This document shows positions 25,447 to 38,107 of a DNA stretch of 64,000 nucleotides, piece by piece. The position numbers were made by a program, and so were the translations under genes. Every line of letters starts with the position of its first letter. The first letter of the stretch is position 1. Under the pieces are notes generated by a model, which made no database searches, was not told the DNA's origin, and saw only the letters and a program-made list of their open reading frames with translations. The stretch comes from Octopus vulgaris (lineage: Eukaryota): assembly GCA_951406725.2 (NCBI GenBank), contig OX597823.1:16616001-16680000 (forward strand), written 5' to 3'.

Positions 25447-26126
25447 TCTTATATATGAATGACAATTTCTATCTGTTTGTCTGTCTATTTGTCTGTCTGT
25501 TACCATCTTGTTACCCAAACCAGGGCACCAATCTTCACCAAACTTTGTATACATGTTGAACTAACATCCAGTTCAATTACAGGCTAATTTGATTTCAATA
25601 AAAATCGATAATGGGCCAAACATCAGACGAAAGTGAAACATTGGATGTTTTTAGATTTTTGAAAGCGGGTAGGTGATGGGTGGGCGAGGTGGGGAAAGGG
25701 GCATTGAGTGTTTCTTTAAGAAAAATTAAACTCTGAAAAAGAAAAAAACCCAGATTCATAATCTCTGTATTTTTCTTCATGGATAAAAAAAATTCGTAAA
25801 AATGTTACAAATTAAGAAAATGCGGTGGAGACGGGCTTGAACTAAAATTTTGAAAACGTGATTTCTGGGCAAAATTGTATTAACCCCCTTCTATATGATG
25901 AAACAATACATGGCTTGTGATCCTTCTTAAGAACAGCAAGCACTTTATATGCAAACCCATACAAATTGTACCCTTCCCTCTTCAATTTTAAACAAACAAC
26001 TTCCATTACACCAGTAATCCAGTTCATTATATATCAGCTGTGCTGATTCTGCCCATAAGAAAAGAACAAATAATACAATATGGCTCTAAGTCTAAATATT
26101 TGGGCAACGCCGGGATGCATTTCTAG
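25447..26126 (+). mobile_element. Non-autonomous Helitron with a 5' (CTGT)n tract
   Basis: Starts A|TCTTATATA, has tctgtttgtctgtc repeats, ends gggcaacgccggg...CTAG|T. Confidence 0.75.
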
Positions 26127-26626
26127 TTTACACTATTTTCCTATTTAAATTAGGTGAGACTAAAACAAAGGATTTTTCGTCTGTTGTCTATTTTGAGCTA
26201 AGTCTGACACGAGATGGTCATAGGCTGACAATTGACTCTCTTAATGCTAATACCGAAAACAATAAGAAGGGACTTATAGAAAAATCTAGACTGGATTTCG
26301 AATCCTAGCTAAGAATCCAGAAAGCAATTCGCTTTAAATGTATGTATGTACAAATGTGTGTGTGTGGTTAGAGTAAGTTGTGGTAATGGTAATTATAAAT
26401 GAAAACTACCAAGTGAGATCTGATTCTACACAATAGAAATGCAAATATTAACTCCATTGAAACGTGTTTCATTCATGGCAATTAATTACATGTGAACATA
26501 AAATTCTATGAGCAAGTCATCCTCTCTATTAAATATTATTAGTTGTGGACTCCAGTAGCTAATAATATTCAATATAAAGGATATCTGATAGAATAGAACT
26601 CCAGAAAATGGTGAAGTAATTTCTAA

Positions 26627-27026
26627 TCTTTATATATAAAAGTAAGGTTGTGTGCTGTCTGTCTCCTACGATTTAGATTCCTAACTACTCCCACATTTTG
26701 CGGTGCAGTTTAACCCAAACCGGGTATCTTATAGTCGTGATTCATATCGAGCCCTTCTGGGTATTAGCGCGCGTCTACGATGAGTCTACAATTTAAAAAA
26801 AAATTTACCATCATTTTTCCCCATTTTTAATGCATTTTTTTGCTATTATATAAGGGAAGTAACTCTCTAAAAATGTATTATTAAATCTCAGAACGTAAAA
26901 AGCTACAGTAACACCCCCCCCTTTGTGGTTAGCCATATTGAGATGGCTATTATACTTTACATCTCTAAAAATGCTTATATAGTTATTTCCCTTACAAACC
27001 TGAGCAACGCCGGGCGATACTGCTAG
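26627..27026 (+). mobile_element. Non-autonomous Helitron, 400-bp family
   Basis: A|TC...CTAG|T with subterminal hairpin; reverse complement of 5507-5905. Confidence 0.88.
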
Positions 27027-27487
27027 TAGTACATAAAGGTTTAAAATTTATCATAACTGAAATTGAAAATATCATGTTGACATGTATGTTACGAAAATAC
27101 AGACTACACAAGCTTGTGGTTTATAGAATGTAAGTATAGATACGTCAGCCGATACAAAGCTGTTACGATGAATATACATCAGAAGTGGAAAATGAAACCA
27201 TAAATTGTCTTATGATGCCACAGTTAAATGGTAGTTTGGGAACAAAATAAGTCTGAACAGATTAATAATTTAAGTCTCTTTAATTCAACGGTAGGAAACA
27301 GCTGGTCTTTTATTCTGTTAATTTTTGGTGAATAGTTTTTTGTGAGCTCATATTCAATGTTAAGAGAAATTGCATTTCTGATGTATTAAAAAATCAATGT
27401 TTTCTAGTACTCAGTTAGTATAAACTGAAACGTGGTAGCTATTATCATAATTATTTCTAGAATGGTGGTGGCTCAAAATGTTCATTT

Positions 27488-28478
27488 CGGATCTTTTCTT
27501 TTTGAAGGCCAGATTTTCCTAGTTAACTAAACAATTTGAAACTTCGTATACTGGTAGAATGTGTCAAAAGAAAACATTATTGTAAACAAAATTGAAAACA
27601 AAATTGTAATTCGTAACTTAAACGTAGTTTAATTTTAAGAATTTTAACCAATGAAATTGCAGCATTCGAGCTCAAATTATTTACCTCTTCTTCTGTCTTC
27701 TACATGTGCTAGAAATAACAGCTATATCTCTTAAATCGATTAATTTCGTCGTCCAATAAAAATATTAACGATATTTTTTGAATATTTTCTTTATTTTTTT
27801 TTTTACCGAAGAGGCTTCTCCCATGGTTTTGAAGGGCCAGAAACAACAAAAACAAAACAATAATATGCCTAAATCGGTCTCGAGTTTGCGCGTGGAGTGT
27901 TAGTAGTATTGTAAAGATTTGCGAAATATTTTTTCATAAAAGGATGCCCTCAGCTTGTCGGAAGCTGTGATATAAATTGGGAAAAAAATCCTCGACACCA
28001 GTGCGTAATTGGTACTTAATTTATCGACCCCGAAACGATGAAACATTGACCCCCCTCTTCTGTGCAAATTTGTTGCGACAAGTGGCAAAACACGAACGTG
28101 TATTTTTGCTTGCGTGCGTATGTGTGTGTATGTATATGTCCGTTTGTATGTGTGTGTACGCTTATATATTAATTACTATGTGCTTGTGCAAATGTGCGTG
28201 TGTGTGTGTGTGTGTCGTGTGTGTCGTGCGTCTGCTATATTTCTTTATCAATATCGATATAATGCAGCAATGTTGGGATTTCATTGGTTAAAATTCGAAG
28301 ATGTTGGGATTTCATTGGTTAAAATTTGTAAAAATTAAACTACGTTTAAGTTACAAATTACAATTTTGTTTTCAATTTTGTTTACAATAATGTTTTCTTT
28401 TGACACATTCTACCAGTATACGAAGTTTCAAATTTGTTAGTTAACTAGGAAAATCTGGCCTTCAAAAAGAAAAGATCC
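27488..28478. mobile_element. MITE-like element with TIRs of about 170 bp
   Basis: 27488-27657 (ggatcttttctttttgaaggccagattttcc ... aaccaatgaaat) is a near-perfect inverted copy of 28309-28478; the right flank is ttaa. Confidence 0.8.
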
Positions 28479-28679
28479 TTAATTTCTTCTCTGAGAAAGT
28501 TTTAGACATCAAAACCATTTAGATGAAAACATGCTCGTTGGTTGAAAGTCACTTAATAAACATAATCTACAAAAGTAACCATGCAAGCAAACACAAACGG
28601 CCTAATTAGTTGAAAATAGCTCGGAATAAAAAAGAAAAACGATCTTTTAATGTTTCTTAGCGTTAGCTGCTACGTTATC

Positions 28680-28717
<38 letters not shown>

Positions 28718-28753
28718 GCACATGCAAGCATCAACATAAAATTATAAATCAAT

Positions 28754-28900
28754 AGGCGCAGGAGTGGCTGTGTGGTAAGTAGCTTGCTTACCAACCACAT
28801 GGTTCCGGGTTCAGTCCCACTGCGTAGCATCTTGGCAAGTGTCTTCTACTATTCGTAGACGGAAACTGAAAGAAGCTCGTCGTATATATGTATATATATG

Positions 28901-28971
<71 letters not shown>

Positions 28972-29176
28972 TTGTGTGTCTGTGTTTGTCCCCTAGCATT
29001 GCTTGACAACCGATGCTGGTGTGTTTACGTCGTCGTAACTTAGCGGTTCGGTAAAAGAGACTGATAAAATAAGTACTGGGCTTACAAAGAATAAGTCCCG
29101 GGGTCGATTTGCTCGACTAAAGGCGGTGCTCCAGCATGGCCACAGTCAAATGACTGAAACAAGTAAAAGAGTAAGT
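28754..29176 (+). mobile_element. SINE family A
   Basis: Full head aggcgcaggagtggctgtgtgg with a small internal deletion. Confidence 0.85.
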
Positions 29177-29269
29177 AAACACTCACACATGAAGCAATTG
29201 TAGAAATGCAAGAATGAAAGCGTGTAGATGTGTGCAGTGGGCAAAAGATAAAATGGGGGGGGGCACCTC

Positions 29270-30590
29270 AGCCAGACTTCTCACAGGCATAGAACAAAGG
29301 TATATATTCTTCTGGGTAAGCAATAGTGATGGTGAGGTAGGTGTAGGTGATCAAGGTGGTCAGAGTGTGTGATAGGGTAATTAAGCTTAAACTAGTCTTG
29401 GAAAACAACATTTACCTCTGCACGTTTTCCTCAAATAGGACTAGTAAATGAACAAAAGGATTGATCTTATGAGGCTCTTTTGTAGATTACTTCAATGATA
29501 AATGGTTGGGGAATTCAATGGATCTGTTGAACAGGAACTCATGGATTCCAAGTTGTACATGCAGATTACAGCTTTGGTCCTAGAAATGAGAAACATGGCT
29601 CTTGAAGTTCTGTGATGCAAAGGGTTGGATGAGATGTAACTCAAACTTTGAGAAACCAGTCAGTCACCTGTTTACCTATCAATCTGGTGGGCACACAAGC
29701 CAGACCATCTACGCTCACACCAGAAAAAGGGATAGACAGACACTTATGAATGCAAAGTCCAACCTGGATGAGGAATATACAACCCAACATAGGTTTGTGG
29801 CTACTGACTTCAGACTTAGAGCTAAACAGATCTAGAGGTGAAAACTAGTCTAGAAATCGAAATAATGAAAGTTTAAAGATTCAGTAAATAACCAGAAATT
29901 TAGAGAAGTACTAGTTGAAGTATTTGACAAGGAGAGAAGTGTATAACAGGGGAGCATTGGAAGTTCCTTGGGGAAAATTTATTGAAGGCAACAGATCAAA
30001 TATGTGGCTGGTGCAAAGAGTGACATGTGATGGAACAGTGAAGTGGACAGAGCCATCAAAGTGAAAATACATCAACTTCATGAGCCTGTAATTTCCTCAA
30101 GATATCATCAACTGGATCCTATGAGCTAACTTGAGCTAACTGGATCCTATAAAGGAGCTGTTGTAATTCCTGGAACAGTGAAGTAGACAGAGCGATCAAA
30201 GTGAAAATACGTCAACTTCATGAGTCTGTAATTTCCTCTCTCTAATGCATCTTCTTTGTCTTGTAATAGTTAATGATAATCCCAATTATACTAGTCAACG
30301 AGCATGACATTATCCTGTATTTCCTGATTGAAAAGCATTGGGCCCATACATAATTTAATCATCTTATCAAATTTCGTTGATAGACCACCTACTAATCCAA
30401 CTTTCATAAATTTAATCATTCCATCAACCATACTATTGTCAACTTGAATGACTGGTTCTTCTGTTGAGTCTATATATATCTATTTTGGGTCAACTTGGAA
30501 TAAGACCCCTCTTTTTCACACATTCTTCATATTCAACAACCTGTCATTAAATGCATTTCTTCAGCTCTATAGTAAGAGACTGTCTATCTA
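29270..30590. mobile_element. Degraded RTE LINE: AP-endonuclease part on plus, RT N-terminal part on minus
   Basis: Plus strand: PQIGLVNEQKD, LKFCDAKG..CNSNFEKPVSHLFTYQSG, TTQHRFVATDF. Minus strand 30240-30590: EEPVIQVDNSMVDGMIKFMKVG...DKEDALE. Confidence 0.6.
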
Positions 30591-30790
30591 CCATGTGTGT
30601 GCGTGCAAGTATCTTACATGAGTATTTATACACACACACACACACACACACACATGTAGTGTCAGTAGCATAATAAAATGTCCCTGGTCCATGCTGTAAA
30701 ATGGTTGGCAGTGAAATGGACAAACAGCTAGAAAAACCATGCCAAGCAAAAAGATAAATAAAATAAAAATCTCACCAGCTGCACATAAGT

Positions 30791-31086
30791 TTTTTTTTTT
30801 GTTTGTTTGTTCCTTCTCGAGCCATGCCTGGCTCATATGGGCCGGTTTCCCGGTTTCCTTGGCGTATCAGTTCCCCGCCTGGATGGGACACCGGTCCGTC
30901 GCGGGTGAGCTGCAAGATGCAGGAGGAAAGAGTGAGAGAAAGTTGTGGGGAAAGAGTCAGCAGAAGTTCACTATGGAGCTTAGGTGTTTCGCTCATAAAC
31001 ACACATATCACCCAGTCTGAGATTCGAACCCACGATCCCTCAACTGCGAGTCCACTGCTCTAACCACTAGGCCATGTGCCTCCACC
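30791..31086 (-). mobile_element. tRNA-derived SINE, head family D, V-domain-like tail
   Basis: Head ggaggcacatggcctagtggttagagc, TSD ctgcacataagt on both sides, A-rich tail. Confidence 0.8.
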
Positions 31087-31543
31087 TGCACATAAGTAAC
31101 CTGTCTAAAAACATGATAACCTTGAAGAGTAAAGATTGGATACAGAGTAGAGGGATCTATCAATTCAATCTTGTTGAAGACCACCACAAAATACACCTCA
31201 TTCATGCTGTAAAGTGTTTTGCGATAGGAAAAGCATCCAGCTATGAAAACTGAAAGCAATGACATATACAACAAAACTGGTCAGTTTTCTTTGTTGCTGT
31301 GTGTCAGATAATGAAGGACCATGACAAATAAACATTGATAAAAAAGATGCATTCATGGTCGATGTGATGTTTCATTGCCTGTTGAATAAAACATTAACTC
31401 AGCTTCCATTTCATTTAGAAATGTATGACAAAGTAAGTTGGGTTTAACCTTTCAATCAGCAATTAATGGTAAAATGGGGCAACTATTTCCTTGAACTAAA
31501 TACACATACACTCAAAGAATTTTTCAACATAGGAATATACAAT

Positions 31544-31562
31544 GCATATATATATATATATT

Positions 31563-31594
<32 letters not shown>

Positions 31595-32057
31595 CATATA
31601 TACATATATATATACATATATATATATACATATATACATATATATATATACACATATATATATATACATATATATATACATATATATATACATATATATA
31701 TATATACATATATATACATATATATATATATATACATATATGTATACATATATATATATATACATATATATATACATATATACATATATATATACATATA
31801 TACATACATATATATATATACATACATATATACATACATATATATATATATATATACATACATATATACATATATACATACATATATATATATATACATA
31901 CATATATACATACATATATATATATATACATACATATATATATACATATATATATATACATATACATATATATATATACATATACATATATATATATATA
32001 TACATATACATACACATATACATATATATACATATACATATATACACACATACACAT

Positions 32058-32088
<31 letters not shown>

Positions 32089-32118
32089 CATACACACACA
32101 CACACATATATATATATC
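31544..32118. repeat. (TA)n/(TACA)n compound microsatellite
   Basis: Seen directly. Confidence 0.95.
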
Positions 32119-32902
32119 CCATGCTAACATGGAAAACGGACGTTAAACGATGATGAAGATGATGATGATAATATACATATATATATACTTATATACATGT
32201 GGATATATATATATAAACAGGCACACAAAGACACACTCACATTATATATTATTATACACACACACTCACACAGTTACATTATATATTACACACGTGCGTG
32301 GACAGACACGGGCACACTATATATGTTTATAAACTGGTTGTCTCTGGTAAATTGAGTTCACAATGAATAAAAACAATTAGTCATCAGAGTAATTTTTTTA
32401 TATACAAGTGTATTATTAACATTACATACAAACACACACACTATATATATATATATATATATACATACACATAACATTATTTGATTCATTGAGCTTACAA
32501 TGAATGAAAGAGCAGTTAACATTCAATAGGATTCATGTAATGATGTCAATTTGTTGAATCCACTTCTAACAATTGTTGGAAGTATTCAGATGAGAGTTGA
32601 GAGGTTGTATACAGAATAAAAGCTTAACAAAGCATGTGACAACGTTGTTTGGGCAGAAGAATCTAAATAGTCTTTAAACTTTTTATTGAAATAGTTTTAA
32701 TGAAACACACTGTGCTTCAATAAATTAATTAAAAAATATTTGCAGAGATTTAGTAAAATAACTTGTCCACAAAAAAAAAAAAAGTGGGTGTTTAAGACAA
32801 TGTCACACAAAATTCTTGAATAAAATTTATAATGGAAAATTTTAATTGAAACATGAGCGTTTTAAAATGGTGGGTTAGTATCAGGCAATTTTAGGTGGGT
32901 TG

Positions 32903-33338
32903 TTACTCTCTCTTTACTTGTTTCACCCATTTGACTGTGGCCATGCTGGAGCACTGCCTTTAGTTGAGCAAATCGACCCCAGGACTTATTCTTTGTAAGC
33001 CTACTACTTATTCTATCAGTCTCTTTTTGCCGAACCGCTAAGTTACGGGGACGTAAACACACCAGCATCGGTTGTCAAGCGATGCTGGGGGGACAAACAC
33101 AGACACACAAACATATACACACATACATATATACATATATACAACGGGCTTCTTTCAGTTTCTGTCTACCAAATCCACTCACAAGGCTTTGGTTGGCACA
33201 AGGCTTTGGTTGGCACAAGGCTTTGGTTGGCACAAGGCTATAGCAGAAGACACTTGCCAAGGTGCTACGCAGTGGGACTGAACCCAGAACCATGTGGTTG
33301 GTAAGCAAGCTACTTACCACACAGCCACTCCTGCACCT
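32903..33338 (-). mobile_element. SINE family A with an internal 17-bp triplication
   Basis: acaaggctttggttggc repeated three times from 33181. Confidence 0.85.
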
Positions 33339-33354
33339 ATTTTTTTAGCAAAAT

Positions 33355-33976
33355 AGTTTTAAGCAATTTTAGTGCTACAGTATGGCCACAACTAACTAGC
33401 AGGAAGAAGTGATATTAAACAAGTCATCAAGTTTTAAGCAATTTTAGTGCTACAGTATGGCCACAACTAACTAGCAGGAAGAAGTGATATTAAACAAGTC
33501 ATCAAGTTTTAAGCAATTTTAGTGCTACAGTATGGCCACAACTAACTAGCAGGAAGAAGTGATATTAAACAAGTCATCAAGTTTTAAGCAATTTTAGTGC
33601 TACAGTATGACCACAACTAACTAGCAGGAAGAAGTGATATTAAACAAGTCATCAAGTTTTAAGCAATTTTAGTGCTACAGTATGGCCACAACTAACTAGC
33701 AGGAAGAAGTGATATTAAACAAGTCATCAAGTTTTAAGCAATTTTAGTGCTACAGTATGGCCACAACTAACTAGCAGGAAGAAGTGATATTAAACAAGTC
33801 ATCAAGTTTTAAGCAATTTTAGTGCTAGTGCAGGAAGAAGTGATTACAGTATGGCCACAACTAACTAGCAGGAAGAAGTGATATTAAACAAGTCATCAAG
33901 TTTTAAGCAATTTTAGTGCTACAGTATGGCCACAACTAACTAGCAGGAAGAAGTGATATTAGACAAGTCATCAAGT
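33355..33976. repeat. 75-bp tandem minisatellite, 8 copies
   Basis: Unit aagcaattttagtgctacagtatggccacaactaactagcaggaagaagtgatattaaacaagtcatcaagtttt starts at 33361, 33436, 33511, 33586, 33661, 33736, 33811 and 33905. Confidence 0.95.
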
Positions 33977-34082
33977 AAGCTGTTCATATCTGGATACTGG
34001 CACTCTTAGCTGAGGTCAATATGCTTAACTCTTAAAAGCAGTCCAGTCTGTGGCTCTGAATAGGTATCCTAGAATAATATAT

Positions 34083-34314
34083 ATTTCTTTACTACCCACA
34101 AGGGGCTAGACATAGAGGGGACAAACAAGGACAGACAAAGGAATTAAGTCAATTACATGGACCCCAGTGCGTAACTGGTACTTAATTTATCGACCCCGAA
34201 AGGATGAAAGGCAAAGTCGACCTCAGCGGAATTTGAACTCGGAACGTAACAACAGACGAAATACGGCTACGCATTTCGCCCGGCGTGCTAACGTTTCTGC
34301 CAGCTCGCCGCCTT
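34083..34314 (-). mobile_element. SINE family B
   Basis: Full copy; tcctagaataatatat repeated on both flanks as a likely TSD. Confidence 0.85.
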
Positions 34315-34834
34315 CATCCTAGAATAATATATTTCATTGTTATAAGAAACTGAAGCACTGTAATGCTGATTTCTAAGGTCACATGTTTTTTAGGTATAGT
34401 TGATTAAAACCCCCTTAGTTTATTACTGTTACTCACTTTAAAGGCTTTTGGCAGTAGTTTTCTGCCATAGATTCAGGTTGGTTAAGGCCTTGTGAATGAA
34501 ATTTGGTAGTCAAAAACTATGTGGAAGCTCTGCAGAGGAATCATTTGCATTTAAGCTGTTAGATTTAATCAGAAATCAAACTTAACACATCTACCTTGAC
34601 AAGGTTTCTGATCTGAGAATAACTAATTTCTTTTTACCAGTTCCAAAGGTTATGGGTACTGGCCTTCCCCTTTTGGTTAAGCTATAAAATACTTGATACA
34701 GCACCATCCCTATGGATGTTTGTGATTTGGAAGACAATTAGTTATATGCTTAAATCACTCTTGATCAGGCTAAGTGAAGTCTAATAATATTGTAGTGAAG
34801 TTCTTGTACAACAAGAATCAACTACACTTCATAT

Positions 34835-35056
34835 ACTCTTTACTCTTTTACTTGTTTCAGTCATTTGACTGCGGTCATGCTGGAGCACCGCCTTTAATCG
34901 AGCAACTCGACCCCGGGACTTGTTCTTTTGTAAGCCCAGTACTTATTCTATCGGTCTCTTTTGCCGAACCGCTAAGTAACGGGGACATAAACACACCAGC
35001 ATCGGTTGTCAAGCAATGCTAGGGGGACAAACACAGACACACAAACACACACATGC

Positions 35057-35087
<31 letters not shown>

Positions 35088-35250
35088 TACGACAGGCTTC
35101 TTTTCAGTTTCCGTCTACCAAATCCACTCACAAGGCTATGGTCGGCCCGAGGCTATAGTAGAAGACACTTGCCCAAGGTGCCACGCAGTGGGACTGAACC
35201 CGGAACCATGTGGTTGGTAAACAAGCTACTTACCAAACAGCCACTCCTGC
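34835..35250 (-). mobile_element. SINE family A
   Basis: Full copy. Confidence 0.85.
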
Positions 35251-35537
35251 ACCATAATACAAACTCATGCATACAAATTTATTCACTAACCAAATAGAGT
35301 TGATTTTTCAATGTCAGAGATTAGTGTGTTTCAATATTAATAGGTATGGTATGCCTTGCAGCTTACCAATCTCACATGGCCTATAAAACCATGACAAACA
35401 TTGCTACTAACAGAACATGGCTCATTCCTCATTCTACTTTCAATATCCTTTGCAGGACTGCTCTTTATATACATGCCATCATCAACAGAATAGGATTCCC
35501 TTCAACAATCAAAGCCACTTGAAAATATTTCTACATA

Positions 35538-35852
35538 TAGCATGGCTGTGTGGTAAGAAGCTTGCTTCCCAACCACATGGTTCTAGGTTCAGTCCCACTG
35601 TGTAGCACCTTGGGCAAGTGTCTTCTATTATAGCCTTGAGCTGACCAAAGCCTTGTGAGTGGATTTTGTATACAGAAACTGAAAGAAGCCCATCATATAT
35701 ATTTGTGTGTGCATGTGTCCACCATTGCTTGACAACCAATGTTGGTGTGTTTACATCCCTGATACTTAGGGGTTTGGCAAAAGAGACTAACAAAGAATAA
35801 GTCCTGGGGTCGATTTCTTTGACTAAAGACAGTGCTCCAGCATGGCCACAGT
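35538..35852 (+). mobile_element. SINE family A, diverged
   Basis: Consensus match with deletions. Confidence 0.75.
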
Positions 35853-36039
35853 AAAAAAAAAAAGAAACTAATAAAAAAAATAAAAGAACATGTTCTCAAC
35901 AGAACAGACTACATTCTACATATTTCCCCATGAAGAACAGATTCAACACTTTCCACCTAGACCTTGTAATAGAAAATACACAAAATATTTATGTAAGCTC
36001 ACACATTGACTCACTTGTGAGTTTGTATGCGTAAACACA

Positions 36040-36418
36040 CACTCTCTCTATCTGCTCAGTCGAAGTCGACTTTCGGTCACTCGTTGGATCAGTGTCCTCC
36101 AGTCAGTTCTATCCTGGGCCACTTCTTTAAGACTGGCCATGTCCATTCCGGTATCACTCCTGATGGTGTCAAGCCAGTGGGTTCTTGGTCGGCCTCTTCC
36201 TCTCTTGCCACTGACCATTCCGAGCATGATGTCCTTCCCCAGGGATTCTCTCCGCATAATATGACCGAAATATGCCAATCTACGCTTGGTGATCCCAGCT
36301 TCTAGCGACATTTTTGGCCTTATCTGCTTAAGAACCTCTCCATTGGTGAGCCTTGCTGTCCATGGAATCCGCAAGTCTTCTCCAACACCAAAGCTCGAAT
36401 GCATTAATTCTCTTCTGG
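36040..36418 (-). mobile_element. RTE (BovB-like) LINE 3' end
   Basis: RINAFELWCWRR, then LRIPWTAR..YFGHIMRR..GKRGRGRPRTHWLD..DRTDWR. Confidence 0.88.
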
Positions 36419-36419
36419 T

Positions 36420-36465
<46 letters not shown>

Positions 36466-36705
36466 ATTAACACTTCTAGCAGATGTTGTGTTGACTGTTC
36501 AAGAACATTGCGTTGCCTTTTGGTTAACATGACTTGGTGCAGAAATAGAACCGCTTTACCATTATTTTGTCACTTAGACTGTAACAATTAACTACTTGCC
36601 TTTAGTTTGTATTTCTGAGATGAATCTCATCTGCTCTGTCCCATATCATTTGGACCAAGAGACAAAATCCACATCACCACAGATGCTCTTCAAGCAAATG
36701 TCTGA

Positions 36706-36925
36706 CCCTTTCGTTACTGTATTTATTTTGAGATGCTCTGTGTTTCTTTCATTTACTTTAAATATAACAAAGCATTTAGTAAAATAACTCATTTATCATT
36801 CAACTAGTGTCAGGAACATAAATTGTGACTAAGGTTTGGGGAAAGATTTTAATTCAAAACTTATGAAAACAAGACATTTATACTCAGAGCCAGAGCTGGT
36901 TTCACCCAGGTTGGTAACGAAAGGG
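36706..36925. mobile_element. piggyBac-like MITE
   Basis: TIRs ccctttcgttac and gtaacgaaaggg; right flank ttaa. Confidence 0.6.
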
Positions 36926-37355
36926 TTAACTGCATCTATATGGAGTTCTCAACCTGCTAACTTTTCTTTCCTATGCACCTATACATTAAAGTTCACTTGT
37001 CCATGTGTTTCCTTACATCAGAGGAGGGAGGGCTTTTAGATAGACCTTTTCATTATGTACACAAACTTTCTAGCATCCCTTATTTTTTTCATCTATTTTT
37101 GAAGGAAACCTGAGCAAATCTGCCAGCTGAAAACTGAGTTGTTATTGCTACTACTGACAGCAAGATTTAATGTGGTAATGGTTTTCTGGCCGTAGTGGTC
37201 ATTGCATACTAATCACCATTATGAGAGAAATTATTTCTATTGATGCCCCATGTGGCTTCCATAGTTGTATAAAAGTAGTTGTGGACATTCATTAATGTGG
37301 GAGTGGTCACCATGCTTTATCTGTCACAGGGTTTCCAGAGAAGTAATATGTTATA

Positions 37356-37752
37356 CTAGCAGTATCGCTCGGTGTTGCTTGGGTTTGTAAGGGAAATAAC
37401 TATATAAGCATTTTTAGAGATGTAAAGTATAATAGCCATCTCAATATGGTTAACCACAAAGGTGGGGGGTGTTACTGTAGCTTTTTACGTTCTGAGATTT
37501 AATAATACATTTTTAGAGACTTACTTCCCTTATATAATAGCAAAAAAATGCATTAAAAATGGGGAAAAATGATGGTAAATTTTTTTTAAATCGTAGACTC
37601 ATCGTAGACGCGTGCTAATACCCAGAAGGGCTCGATATGAATCACGACTATAAGATACCCGGTTTTGGTTAAACTGCACCGCAAAATGTGGGAGTAGTTA
37701 GGAATCTAAATCGTAGGAGACAGACACACAACTTGACTTTTATATATAAAGA
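37356..37752 (-). mobile_element. Non-autonomous Helitron, 400-bp family
   Basis: Near-identical to 5507-5905. Confidence 0.88.
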
Positions 37753-38107
37753 TTTAACAATGCCAGTGATGATAACAATGGTTGGGCTGAAAGCAGGTGG
37801 TAACAGTCCCCACACAAAATTATCATCCAATAATCTTTTTCTTGCTGGTCATCATATTTGGTGTAATGTTTGGTTTTAGATTTTTTAAAAATTAAAAAGA
37901 GAAATGCTATAAGCAACTTTGATCTCTTACAGGGTATCAGGAAATGACTTCTTTACTCTGCATGTGAGTCCCCTATGAAACAAAATACACAACAAAAGAT
38001 ATAGAAAACAAATTCATGAATGAGAATTTGTTTACAATTTGGCAAAGAAAATTGCTTACTCTGGAATTAAGTGGCAGCAGTAACAGTCCCCAGACAAAAT
38101 TTCCCAA

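Noticed and set aside
33355-33976. Possible CRISPR array
   Set aside because: Units are contiguous and nearly identical with no unique spacers, there are no cas genes, and the DNA is eukaryotic.
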